From NCBI GenBank assembly GCA_963744995.1, contig CAVUWA010000001.1:96001-160000 (forward strand): DNA of 64,000 bases. Reading direction: 5' to 3'. The DNA comes from Candidatus Eiseniibacteriota bacterium. Lineage in GTDB: Bacteria > Eisenbacteria > RBG-16-71-46. The notes beneath the pieces were generated by a model. It searched no databases, was not told where the DNA came from, and saw nothing but the letters and a program-made list of their open reading frames with translations. Below, one piece after another: positions 42,076 through 52,299 of this stretch. The translations under genes were made by a program, and so were the position numbers. How positions within the stretch are numbered: the stretch's first letter is position 1; every line of letters starts with the position of its first letter.

Positions 42076-43293
42076 TCAATGCGAGTTGGGTCCGTTCTCG
42101 TGCTTCAGGCGGGCGATTTCCTTGTTGAGTTCCGTGACCCGGCGCTCGAGATCGCTGATGCGCTCGCCGGTGGAGGACTCCGCCGCCGGATGCGCGGGCG
42201 CCGCACGCGGTGCGTCGATGCCGAGCGCCCACGGCGGCGTTTCGTGCGGCGAACGCCCGATCTCCACGCGCGCGTTCTGCGGCGATTCGCCACGTACCCA
42301 GACCAGATCCACGGAGGTCCCGGGCGTCGTGGCCGCCACCCAGCGCGCGAGCTGTTGAGCATATTCGACGCGCTCGCCCTGGTACGCCACGATCAGATCG
42401 CCTTTCGCCAGCCCCGCGTGCGCGGCGGGACTGCCGGGCTGGACCCGTTCGACCATCGCGCCGATCGGCACCACGGCGCCGCGTTCCGACAGCGCCTCGA
42501 TGCTGGCGCCGCTGGTCGACACCCCGAGCCAGCCGTACGCCAGGTGGCCGTCCCGGCGCAGGCTCTCGTAGACGCGCCTCACGTTGTCGAGCGACAGGAC
42601 GAACGTCATCCCCCCGGGGCGCGGCTGGTCGCTGCGTTCGGCGTAGCTGCCCTGGCCGAGTTCGCCCTGAACGATGCCGATGAGCTCGCCGCGGGAATTC
42701 ACGGCGGCGCCGCCGCTGTTCCCCGGGTACGCGGCGTTGGTCAGCTGCAGGCGCGTGAACTGCGGCTCGGAAAGCACGTATGCGATGTTGCCGACCGATT
42801 GCGTCGGCTGGATCCGGTACGAGGTGCCCAGCGTGATGACCCAGTCGCCGACCTGCGAGGCGCGCTGGGTCGAGAGCTTGACCGGCGGCAGCAGGACGTC
42901 GGTGACGCGCAGCAGGGCGAGGTTGTAGATCGGGTCCACGCCGACGATCTCGGCGCGGCTCTGCAGGCCGTTGTCGGTGCGGATCGAGATCTGCTCGGCG
43001 TTCTGCACCACGCTCGCCGTGGTCAGGACCTCGTTCGCGGCCATCGCCACGCCGGAGCCGACGCGGGTCTGGATGCGCGGTCGGCCGATGCGGCCGGTGC
43101 CGTGGGTCAGCGTGCGGCGCGAGAGCACCGTCACCACCGAAGGCCGGCCCTGACGCGCGATCTGATCGACGTCGGTCTGCAGCTGGTTGAGGGTGCCCTG
43201 CGACCGGGCGGCCCCCGGCAGGGTCGCGGCGAGCAGCGCCACGATCGCCAGCGCTCCGAGGCGCCGCGTCATCTGCCGGATCGAGAACACCAC
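42076..43293 (-). CDS. HtrA/DegP-like trypsin plus PDZ protein with an incomplete catalytic triad
   Basis: PSVVTV, GSGV, VGDWVITLG, PGNSGGA, GELIGI, GWLGV, GSPAAHAGL; His and Asp positions substituted. Confidence 0.88.
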   Translation of the reverse strand: MVFSIRQMTRRLGALAIVALLAATLPGAARSQGTLNQLQTDVDQIARQGRPSVVTVLSRRTLTHGTGRIGRPRIQTRVGSGVAMAANEVLTTASVVQNAEQISIRTDNGLQSRAEIVGVDPIYNLALLRVTDVLLPPVKLSTQRASQVGDWVITLGTSYRIQPTQSVGNIAYVLSEPQFTRLQLTNAAYPGNSGGAAVNSRGELIGIVQGELGQGSYAERSDQPRPGGMTFVLSLDNVRRVYESLRRDGHLAYGWLGVSTSGASIEALSERGAVVPIGAMVERVQPGSPAAHAGLAKGDLIVAYQGERVEYAQQLARWVAATTPGTSVDLVWVRGESPQNARVEIGRSPHETPPWALGIDAPRAAPAHPAAESSTGERISDLERRVTELNKEIARLKHENGPNSH

Positions 43294-43306
43294 GCCCGCG
43301 TCCCGC

Positions 43307-43936
43307 TCAGAAGCTGATGACCGCGCGCTCGACCTGCACGCCTTCCTGCGAACGCGCGGGCGGCAGCGGATGCGCCCGCCCGCGGCGCAGGGCCACCGGG
43401 TCGAGGATGAACTCCACGTCCTCGCTGTGATCGAACAGACTGTCGCTGAGCGCCGCGAACCCGGGCCCGCCCGCGAGCGTCTGCGACCCGGTCGCCGGCG
43501 CAGGCGCCGTCGTCGCGACGGGCTGCGCCACCGCGATCGGCTCGGTCAACGCACCGGGCGCCTCCGGCTGCTCGGCCACGCGCGTCGCCGGCGTCCGGCC
43601 CGGCACCCAGCCGGCCCACGGCGCCACGATCGAAAGCACGAGGACCGCCGCGGCGGCAGCGGCCGTCACCGGGATCCAGCGGCGCTCGGACTCGGGCAGC
43701 CGGTCCGGCGCGGGCGCGGCGCGGCGCGCGCTCGCGAGCGCACGTTCGAGCAGATCCGGCGACGCTTCCTCGCGCGGCAGGGACGCGAGCGTTTCCAGCG
43801 TCCGCGCCAGCGCGTCGTATTCCTTGCGGCACACCGCACAGGCGTTCAGGTGGGCGTCGAGCCACTCCCGTTCGCCCTGCGTGATCTCGTCGTCCCAGCA
43901 GGCTCCGAAGAGCCGCCGGGCGCGTGCGCATGTCAT
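43307..43936 (-). CDS. Zinc-binding anti-sigma factor (zf-HC2)
   Basis: MTC...HLNACAVC (HxxxCxxC), one TM segment; overlaps the sigma factor stop. Confidence 0.9.
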   Translation of the reverse strand: MTCARARRLFGACWDDEITQGEREWLDAHLNACAVCRKEYDALARTLETLASLPREEASPDLLERALASARRAAPAPDRLPESERRWIPVTAAAAAAVLVLSIVAPWAGWVPGRTPATRVAEQPEAPGALTEPIAVAQPVATTAPAPATGSQTLAGGPGFAALSDSLFDHSEDVEFILDPVALRRGRAHPLPPARSQEGVQVERAVISF

Positions 43937-44586
43937 GGCGCACCCTCTTTCCTGAGTAGCGGTTGGAGTTTTCGCTTCAACATCGACCGGGCGCGGTTGA
44001 TGCGGGACCGGACCGTGCCCCCGGGGATGTTGAGAACGACTGCGATCTCCTCGTATGACAGACCCTCGATGTCCCGCAGCACGAGCGACAACCGGTACTT
44101 CTCCGGGATCGTGGTGATCGCCCGTCCCACTTCCTGCTGGAGCTGTTCCCGCTCCATCTTCGCCTCGCGCCCCTCACTGCGGTCCGCGAGCTGAATCGTG
44201 CTGTCGCTGAACTGTTCGACCAGCGCATCCAGGCTGAACCAGTTGCGTCGCCGGACACGGCGGCGAATCTCGTTCTTGGCGAGATTGGCCGCGATCGTGA
44301 ACAGCCAGGTCGAGAACTTGGATCCCCGCCGGTAATTGCGCCGGTGCACGAAGACCCGCACGAATACTTCCTGGGCAAGGTCGTCCGCGCACTCCCGATC
44401 GTTGAGGACCCGGCTGATCAGGTTCATGACGCGCCCCTGGTAGCGGCGCACCAGCTCCGGAAAAGCACGCTCATCCTCTTCCGCGACCCGGGCCATCAGG
44501 TTCTCATCGGAGAGGCTGATGACCGGGGGTCGTGCAGGATCTCGATCAGGCGTCAAGGACCCACTTCCCCCCTGTTGGTACCCCAT
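43933..44586 (-). CDS. ECF sigma-70 factor
   Basis: AFPELVRRY, DDLAQEVF, FSTWLFTIAAN, EGLSYEEIA, GTVRSRINRAR; alternative TTG start at 44556. Confidence 0.95.
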   Translation of the reverse strand: MGYQQGGSGSLTPDRDPARPPVISLSDENLMARVAEEDERAFPELVRRYQGRVMNLISRVLNDRECADDLAQEVFVRVFVHRRNYRRGSKFSTWLFTIAANLAKNEIRRRVRRRNWFSLDALVEQFSDSTIQLADRSEGREAKMEREQLQQEVGRAITTIPEKYRLSLVLRDIEGLSYEEIAVVLNIPGGTVRSRINRARSMLKRKLQPLLRKEGAP

Positions 44587-44617
44587 GAAGCCGGCCGGGT
44601 TCCGTCCTGCCGGCCGC

Positions 44618-46294
44618 TCAGCGGGGCTCCATGGCTTCGAGCTTGTCGCGGACCCGCTGGTTGGTCCCGTCCGTGGCCAGGCTCAGGCGGTACTGCTCGC
44701 GCGCCAAGTCCTTGAGGTTCATGGCTTTGTAGGTATCACCCAGGTGCTCGCGGACCACCGGGTCCTGGCCGGTCAGGCTGACGGCCCGCTCGAGCAGCCG
44801 GCGTGCCTCCTCGTACCGGCCGAGGCGGTAGTAGACCCAGCCCATCGAGTCGATGAAGGCGCCGTTGTCGGGCTCCTTCTCGAGGGCGGCACCGATCATC
44901 TTCTCGGCCTCGTCGAGCCGCTGGTCGTGGTCGGCCAGCATGTAGCCGATGAAGTTCAGCGCGTCGGCGTTGCCGGGGTCGCGCTCGAGCACGACGCGCG
45001 CGGCCGCCTCGGCACCCTCGAGGTCGCCGAGCTGCTCGCGGCAGTAGGCGAGTCCGAACGACGCCGGAGCGAAGTCCGGGTACCGCTCGAGCACCGCCTC
45101 CCACGCCTGCCGGGCGTCGTCGAAGCGTTCCGCGTTCTGCTCGAGCTGCCCGACCATCACCCGCGGCGGGAGCGAATCCGGCGCCGCGTCGACCCCGCGC
45201 TTCGCGAACTGCAGAGCCAGATCCCTGTCGCCGCGAATCGAGAGCAGCTGGGCCGCCGCGAGCGCGCCGCGGAAATCGCCCGGATGCGCAAGATTCCATT
45301 TCTCGAGCGCCACGCCCGCCTCGCGCGCATGACCGTTGCGCGCATAGACGGTCACCACCCGTCCGACCACCGCCGGTGACTCGGGATCGATCCGCTCGAG
45401 CAGGGCGAGCGTCTCTTTCGCCTCGCGGTCGTGATGGGCGTGGTAGGCGAGGTCCGCGAGGACTTCGAGCGCCTCCGGATCCCCGGGGCGCTGATGAACG
45501 ATCTCTTTGGCCTGCTCATAGCCCTGCTGCCAGCGCTCGAGCCGCATGTACAGCCCGAGCAGACGTCCGCGCGTGGTGAGATCCGACGGATGCGCCTCGA
45601 GGTGCGAGCGATAGGCTTCGATCGCCGCGTCGGGGTGTTCGAGGCTCTCCTGGATCCACCCCATCAGGAATCCCGCGCCCGGGCGATCCGGATTGAGTTC
45701 GATCGCGCGCGTCAGCGCCGAGTCGGCGCTCACGAAGCGTCCGAGGCGCGCTTCCGAGGCCGCGTACTGGAACCACATCTCGCCGTCGAAGTCGTCGACC
45801 TGGACGGCACGGTGGTAAGCCCAGTTCACGACATCGATCCGGTCGAGGTGCTCGGCCACGCGGGCGAGCGTCTGCAGATACTCCATGTCGCTCGAGTCCG
45901 CGTGCGCGGCCCGATCGAGGGCGGCGAGCGCCTCGTCGGTCCTGCCGAGGTTGAACAGCGCCCCACCCTCGAGCCACAGCGCGCGCGGATGGCCGGGGTC
46001 GATCTTCAGGGCGCGCTGGGCCAGTTCCAGGGAACGCCGCGCGTCCCCCATCTGCGCACACAGTTCGCTCGCCCGCAGGGCGATGGCGATCGAACCCGGG
46101 TCGAGGATCAGCGCGCGGTAGTACTCTCCGAGCGCCTCGTCGTGCTGGCCCTGCTCTTCGAGCAGCCGTCCGAGCGCGTACCGGCGCAGGGCTTCCGGGC
46201 TGGTGTAGCCGGTCGAGTCGGCTTGCGCGAACGCGGCGGACGCCGACGGAAGGGTCGCGGCCATGAGCATCAGTGTGATTGCCACGACTCTCAT
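44618..46294 (-). CDS. Secreted tetratricopeptide-repeat protein
   Basis: Signal peptide, repeated TPR helices, ALNFIGYMLAD...AFIDSMGWVYY...EHLGD C-terminus. Confidence 0.9.
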   Translation of the reverse strand: MRVVAITLMLMAATLPSASAAFAQADSTGYTSPEALRRYALGRLLEEQGQHDEALGEYYRALILDPGSIAIALRASELCAQMGDARRSLELAQRALKIDPGHPRALWLEGGALFNLGRTDEALAALDRAAHADSSDMEYLQTLARVAEHLDRIDVVNWAYHRAVQVDDFDGEMWFQYAASEARLGRFVSADSALTRAIELNPDRPGAGFLMGWIQESLEHPDAAIEAYRSHLEAHPSDLTTRGRLLGLYMRLERWQQGYEQAKEIVHQRPGDPEALEVLADLAYHAHHDREAKETLALLERIDPESPAVVGRVVTVYARNGHAREAGVALEKWNLAHPGDFRGALAAAQLLSIRGDRDLALQFAKRGVDAAPDSLPPRVMVGQLEQNAERFDDARQAWEAVLERYPDFAPASFGLAYCREQLGDLEGAEAAARVVLERDPGNADALNFIGYMLADHDQRLDEAEKMIGAALEKEPDNGAFIDSMGWVYYRLGRYEEARRLLERAVSLTGQDPVVREHLGDTYKAMNLKDLAREQYRLSLATDGTNQRVRDKLEAMEPR

Positions 46295-46409
46295 GAGGCG
46301 GCGAGAATAGCATGCGCCGCGCACCCCCGACCACCACCGGCCGCCGCTCGTGCCGCCTCGCCGGGCCGCGGGGGTTGTGGTAATGCTGTGCTCCCTTCCG
46401 GAACCGGAC

Positions 46410-47768
<1,359 letters not shown>

Positions 47769-47774
47769 TCCACA

Positions 47775-47807
47775 GTGACAATCTGTCCCATGTGGACACG
47801 TTGTCAC
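47775..47807. promoter_or_regulatory. Tandem palindromic sites, candidate enhancer (UAS)
   Basis: GACA-ATC-TGTC (47777-47787) and GACA-CGT-TGTC (47795-47805), inside a larger inverted repeat GTGACAA...TTGTCAC. Confidence 0.55.
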
Positions 47808-47987
47808 ATATCGACCAAACACACACTTTCCAGCCAATCCGTCCATCTTCGTCCGGTCGGTGGGCAAATCTGGCGCACCGGCTTCCGATAGACCGCACCG
47901 GCCGTGTGGATACCGGACCCGGATCAGGCGACCTAACCCCTTCCAGATCAATGCATTCCGCAATGCGGCCTGCGCCATGCCGTATTC

Positions 47988-48003
47988 TGGCACCGAACGT
48001 GCA
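47988..48003 (+). promoter_or_regulatory. Sigma-54 -24/-12 promoter
   Basis: TGGCAC-CGAAC-GTGCA, exact GG-N10-GC spacing. Confidence 0.65.
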
Positions 48004-48013
48004 GTCGAACGCT

Positions 48014-48263
48014 GCCGGTACGCAGTCCGCCTCGAGCGGACGGTGGTGGGTCGCCGCCCTGGAAAGAACATGGAGATGCACCGAGGGGCCAGTTCTGACC
48101 GGGCGGCGACAGCTTTGGCGGGCGGAGCGGTTTCCGCCTCCCGGGTTGCCGTCGACGACGGTTCGCGCTGAATATTTCCGAGGGGTCAGCCGGATCGCAC
48201 GGGGCGGCAACTCAGGACGAAACAGGAAGGGGCGGCGAGTTCCACTCGCCGCCCCTGTTCGTT
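48014..48263 (+). ncRNA. Candidate sigma-54-dependent structured small RNA
   Basis: Lies between the -24/-12 box and a terminator hairpin; several 10-13 bp helices; no convincing ORF. Confidence 0.45.
48228..48263. terminator. Intrinsic terminator, probably bidirectional
   Basis: Perfect 13-bp stem AGGGGCGGCGAGT-TCC-ACTCGCCGCCCCT with T-containing tails on both strands; just past the rnc stop. Confidence 0.7.
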
Positions 48264-48281
48264 GGCCGCCCGGGGACAATC

Positions 48282-50000
48282 TCAGCGTCGGCTGCTCCCC
48301 CGGCGGCGACCGCGGCGACCGAAGGTGGGTGCGGACTGCCCGGGCGCCTCGGCCGGGGCGTCCTCGGCAGCGAGCTCCGGCGTGTCCGGCGCCGCGTCGT
48401 CGCCCGGGTCGCGCTCCATCTGCAGCGACGCCGCCTCGGACTCGATGATCGCCTCGATCTCCGGCTCGACCGGTGCCGCGTCGTCCGCGCGGGGGGCCGG
48501 CACCCGCGGGCCCTCGTCGCGGCTGCCGGCGGGCGCTTCGGACGCCGGCTCGAGGCCGGCCGTCTCCGGTTCGCTGTCGCGCCATTCGGCCGCTTCACGT
48601 GCCACGGGGGCTTCGGGCTCGAAGGCGAACGGATCGACGAGTCGCTCCTCGAGCGGACCCTCCGGCCGGCCGAGCTCATCGATCACGTCCTCGAGGTGCG
48701 GCGGCGGCGGCGGCTCGACTTCCACGACCTCGCGTTCGACCTCGGTCGGCTCCGCGGGCAGGGCGATCCGCGCCAGCGGCCGCGGTGCGATGACCAGCGG
48801 CTCGTCGGCCGCTTCGCGGCGGGCGGGTGTCTCCGGCGGGCTCTCCTCGCGCGGCGCCGGCACGGGCGCCGGCGCGGCCGGCTCCGCGGGCGCACGCCGG
48901 CCACGCCGACCGCGCCGCGTTCCGTACGCGTCATCGGCGCGCGCCTCGACCGCGCCGGCCGCGTCCACGTCAGCCGCCGGCGCCGCCTTCGCCGCCTCGC
49001 CGGCGCGATCGCGCCCGCGATCCGGCCGCCGGCCGGCCCCGCCCTCGAGCCGCTCGAGCGCATCGCGGGCCGCGGCCTGCTCGGCTTCCTTCTTGTTGCG
49101 CCCGCGGCCCTCGCCGAGCACCCGCTTGCCGACCATCACCTCGACCTGGAAGTGTTTCGAGTGATCCGGCCCGGCCTCGCCGCGGATCCGGTAGACCGGA
49201 TGGGTGTGGAAGGTGCTCTGCACGTATTCCTGCAGGTGACTCTTGTAGTTGGTGTGCCGTTTGTCGGCCACGATTTCGCTCGAGTCCTGCAGCAGCCAGC
49301 GGTGGATGAACCCGCGCGCGGCCTCGAAGCCCTGGTCCAGGTAGATCGCCCCGACCACGGATTCGAAGGCGTCGGCGAGGATCGACAGTCGCTGCCGTCC
49401 GCCCGACTCGACCTCGCTGTGGCTCATCAGCACGAAGCGGCCGAGCCCCATCGCCAGCGCGCGCCGTGAAAGAATCGCCTTCGACACGAGCAGCGACTTG
49501 GTCTTGGTGAGCTGACCTTCGTGCTCGGTCGGGTTCTCGCGATAGAGGAACTCGCTCGTCACGAGCCCGAGCACGGAATCCCCGAGGAATTCGAGGCGCT
49601 CGTTGCTCTCGCGCGGCCCCTGGCCGGTCACACTGAGGTAGGAGCGGTGGGTGAGCGCGAGCTTCAGCAGCCCCGAACGGCCGAACGTCAGCCGGTAGTG
49701 CTGCTGGAAGGCGGCGATGACCTTCGCTTCCTGCTCGCTCAGCGACTCGGCGCGCGGGGCGGGCCGCGGCCCGCCGCCGAACAGGCCGGTGAGCCACTTC
49801 CAGAACGAGAACTTCCTGCGCGGCGGCGTGGGCGGCCGGACGCCTCCGCGTCCGCGACCGCCGCGCCGGCGCGAACGCCGTCTTACGTTGCCGCTCTCAT
49901 CGCGAGGGCGACGTTGTGACCCCCGAACCCGAACGAGTTCGAGAGGGCGCTCTGCAGAGCGAGAGCGCGAGCCTGATTGGGAACGAGATCGAGATCGCAT
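48282..50000 (-). CDS. rnc: Ribonuclease III with long N- and C-terminal extensions; start uncertain
   Basis: ALTHRS, NERLEFLGDSVL, ADAFESVVGAIYLDQG, NYKSHLQE, GPDH, KKEAEQAAA. Confidence 0.92.
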   Translation of the reverse strand: MRSRSRSQSGSRSRSAERPLELVRVRGSQRRPRDESGNVRRRSRRRGGRGRGGVRPPTPPRRKFSFWKWLTGLFGGGPRPAPRAESLSEQEAKVIAAFQQHYRLTFGRSGLLKLALTHRSYLSVTGQGPRESNERLEFLGDSVLGLVTSEFLYRENPTEHEGQLTKTKSLLVSKAILSRRALAMGLGRFVLMSHSEVESGGRQRLSILADAFESVVGAIYLDQGFEAARGFIHRWLLQDSSEIVADKRHTNYKSHLQEYVQSTFHTHPVYRIRGEAGPDHSKHFQVEVMVGKRVLGEGRGRNKKEAEQAAARDALERLEGGAGRRPDRGRDRAGEAAKAAPAADVDAAGAVEARADDAYGTRRGRRGRRAPAEPAAPAPVPAPREESPPETPARREAADEPLVIAPRPLARIALPAEPTEVEREVVEVEPPPPPHLEDVIDELGRPEGPLEERLVDPFAFEPEAPVAREAAEWRDSEPETAGLEPASEAPAGSRDEGPRVPAPRADDAAPVEPEIEAIIESEAASLQMERDPGDDAAPDTPELAAEDAPAEAPGQSAPTFGRRGRRRGSSRR

Positions 50001-51121
50001 TGTGGATCCGGTTGCTCCAGGTTGATCGTCGGTGGGACGACCCCCCGCTGGATCGCGAACGCGGTGATCACCGCCTCGATGCCGCCTGCGGCGCCGAGGA
50101 GGTGACCGGTCATCGACTTGGTCGAGCTCATCATCAGCTTGCGCGCGTGGTCGCCGAACACGGTCTTCACCGCCCGGACCTCGATCGGATCGCCGGTCGG
50201 GGTGGAGGTGCCGTGCGCGTTGACGTACGCGATCTCGGTGGGAGGCAGCCCCGCGTCTTCGAGCGCGCGCCGCATGGCGCGCACTGCACCGTCGCCGTCT
50301 TCGGACGGCGCGGTCATGTGGTAGGCGTCTCCGGATGCACCATAGCCGCTGAGCTCGCAGATGACATTCGCGTTACGGGCACGGGCATGCGCCTCGGTTT
50401 CGAGGATCAGCAGCCCCGCGCCCTCGCCGATCACGAAACCGTCCCGATCCTGGTCGAAGGGACGGCTCGCGTGCGTCGGGTCGTCGTTACGGGTGGAAAG
50501 CGTACGGGCGTTGCCGAATCCGGCGAGGGCCATCGGCGTGATCGTGGCCTCGCTGCCGCCGGCCACCATCACGTCCGCGTCGCCCGCCCTGAGCAGCCGG
50601 AGCGCCTCGCCGATCGCGTGGGCGCCGGATGCACAGGCCGAGACGGTGCAGAAGTTGGGACCCTTGAGACCGAACTGGATGGACACCTGGCCCGCGGCCA
50701 TGTCCGAGATCATCATCGGAATGAAGAACGGGCTCACGCGACCCGGCCCGCGCTCGATCAGCGCCGTGTGCTGGGTCTCGAAGGTTTCCATGCCGCCGAT
50801 TCCGGAGCCGATGAGCACGCCGATGCGGTCGACGTCGAGCGTCGCCACGTCGAGCCCGGCGTTCCGGATCGCTTCGTGCGCCGCCACGACGGCGAACTGC
50901 ACGAAGCGGTCCATCCGCTTCGCTTCCTTGCGGTCGATCACGCCCTCGGTGCCGAAGTCCTTGACCTCGCACGCAAAGGTGGTCCCGTAGCCCGTGGTAT
51001 CGAAGCGGGTGATCGGGCCCGCGCCGCTTTCACCGGCGCAGATCCGTTTCCAGAACGTCTCGGCGTCGTTCCCGAGCGGGGTGACGACCCCGGCTCCAGT
51101 CACGAAAACACGATTCGGCAT
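49883..51121 (-). CDS. fabF: Beta-ketoacyl-ACP synthase II
   Basis: SACASGAHAIG, RDGFVIGEG, NAHGTST, KSMTGHLLG, SNSFGFGG. Confidence 0.97.
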   Translation of the reverse strand: MPNRVFVTGAGVVTPLGNDAETFWKRICAGESGAGPITRFDTTGYGTTFACEVKDFGTEGVIDRKEAKRMDRFVQFAVVAAHEAIRNAGLDVATLDVDRIGVLIGSGIGGMETFETQHTALIERGPGRVSPFFIPMMISDMAAGQVSIQFGLKGPNFCTVSACASGAHAIGEALRLLRAGDADVMVAGGSEATITPMALAGFGNARTLSTRNDDPTHASRPFDQDRDGFVIGEGAGLLILETEAHARARNANVICELSGYGASGDAYHMTAPSEDGDGAVRAMRRALEDAGLPPTEIAYVNAHGTSTPTGDPIEVRAVKTVFGDHARKLMMSSTKSMTGHLLGAAGGIEAVITAFAIQRGVVPPTINLEQPDPQCDLDLVPNQARALALQSALSNSFGFGGHNVALAMRAAT

Positions 51122-51227
51122 CGTCCGTACATCTCCGCCTGGCCGCCCGTCGCACGCCGGGAGCGATGACCCCGGGGGTCCGCTCCGGCGCGCGACGGCG
51201 CAGCCGGGTGAGGGTGCATCACTTCAA

Positions 51228-51470
51228 CTACGCGGTCGCGTGCTGCTTCAGATACGCCATGGCGTCACCGACGGTCTTGAGCTTGTCGGCGTCCTCGTCG
51301 GGGATGTCCATGCCGAACTCTTCTTCGAGAGCCATGACCAGCTCGACGATGTCGAGCGAGTCGGCGCCGAGGTCCTCGATGAACTTCGCTTCAGGCGTCA
51401 GCTGCTTGACCTCGACCTCGAGTTCCTTCGCGATGATCTCTTTCACCCGGTCTTCACTATAGGCTGCCAC
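51228..51470 (-). CDS. acpP: Acyl carrier protein
   Basis: [23 protein letters not shown] start after GGAGGTG. Confidence 0.97.
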   Translation of the reverse strand: MAAYSEDRVKEIIAKELEVEVKQLTPEAKFIEDLGADSLDIVELVMALEEEFGMDIPDEDADKLKTVGDAMAYLKQHATA

Positions 51471-51517
51471 TCTTCTCACCTCCTGTGGTTCGGGATGGGT
51501 TCCTGAAGCCAGGCATC

Positions 51518-52297
51518 TTACATCACCATGCCGCCGTCAACGGTCCAGGTCTGGCCGGTCACGTAACCCGCTCGCGGCGATGCCAGAAACGCCACGACCT
51601 CGGCGACCTCGGCCGGCTGGCCGAGGCGTCCGAGCGGAATGCGGCCCAGCAGATCGGCCCGCGCGGTCTCGGGCAGTTCGGCTGTCATCTCGGTTTCGAT
51701 GTATCCGGGGCACACGGCGTTCACCGTGATCGCCCGCGACGCGAGCTCGCGCGCGAGGGCCTTCGTGAACCCCAGGAGCCCCGCCTTGGAAGCCGCGTAG
51801 TTGGCCTGCCCCGCGTTGCCCATGAGGCCGACCACCGACGAGACGTTCACGATCCGCCCGTAGCGCGCCTTCATCATGCTGCGCGCGACGGCGCGGCAGC
51901 AGCGGAAAGCGCCGGCGAGGTTGGTGTTGATCACCTGCTCCCACTGCTCGTCCGACATGCGCATGAACACCCCGTCCCGGGTGAGGCCGGCGTTGTTGAC
52001 GAGCACGTCCACCCGCCCGAGCTGATCGAGCGCCGCCTTCACCGCACCGTCCACCGAACCGCTGTCGGCGATGTCGGCTTCGAACGCCCGCGCGGTCACA
52101 CCCTGCACCTTCAGCGCCTCGACCGCCGCACCGGCGCGGGCCTGATTGCGACTCAGGATCGCCACGGTCGCGCCGCGCGCGCCGAGCGCCTGTGACACGG
52201 CGAGCCCGATGCCCGAGGCGCCGCCGGTCACGAACGCGACCTGACCCGCCAGCTCCTGGCGCGGATCGGCCGCCGTCGCCCCCATCGTCTCCTCCAT
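51518..52297 (-). CDS. fabG: 3-oxoacyl-ACP reductase
   Basis: [34 protein letters not shown]. Confidence 0.96.
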   Translation of the reverse strand: MEETMGATAADPRQELAGQVAFVTGGASGIGLAVSQALGARGATVAILSRNQARAGAAVEALKVQGVTARAFEADIADSGSVDGAVKAALDQLGRVDVLVNNAGLTRDGVFMRMSDEQWEQVINTNLAGAFRCCRAVARSMMKARYGRIVNVSSVVGLMGNAGQANYAASKAGLLGFTKALARELASRAITVNAVCPGYIETEMTAELPETARADLLGRIPLGRLGQPAEVAEVVAFLASPRAGYVTGQTWTVDGGMVM

Positions 52298-52299
52298 CG

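Noticed and set aside
48070..48171. 33-codon ORF (MEMHRGASS...) inside the candidate sRNA
   Set aside because: Weak RBS, atypical codon use and no recognisable features; not fully excluded
48014..48230. Seven GGA motifs suggesting a CsrB/RsmZ-type sponge
   Set aside because: About the number expected by chance in G-rich sequence, and few sit in clear hairpin loops
48211..48230. TCAGG...GGAAG resembling SRP RNA
   Set aside because: Lacks the GNRA-capped helix and AGCAG of SRP domain IV
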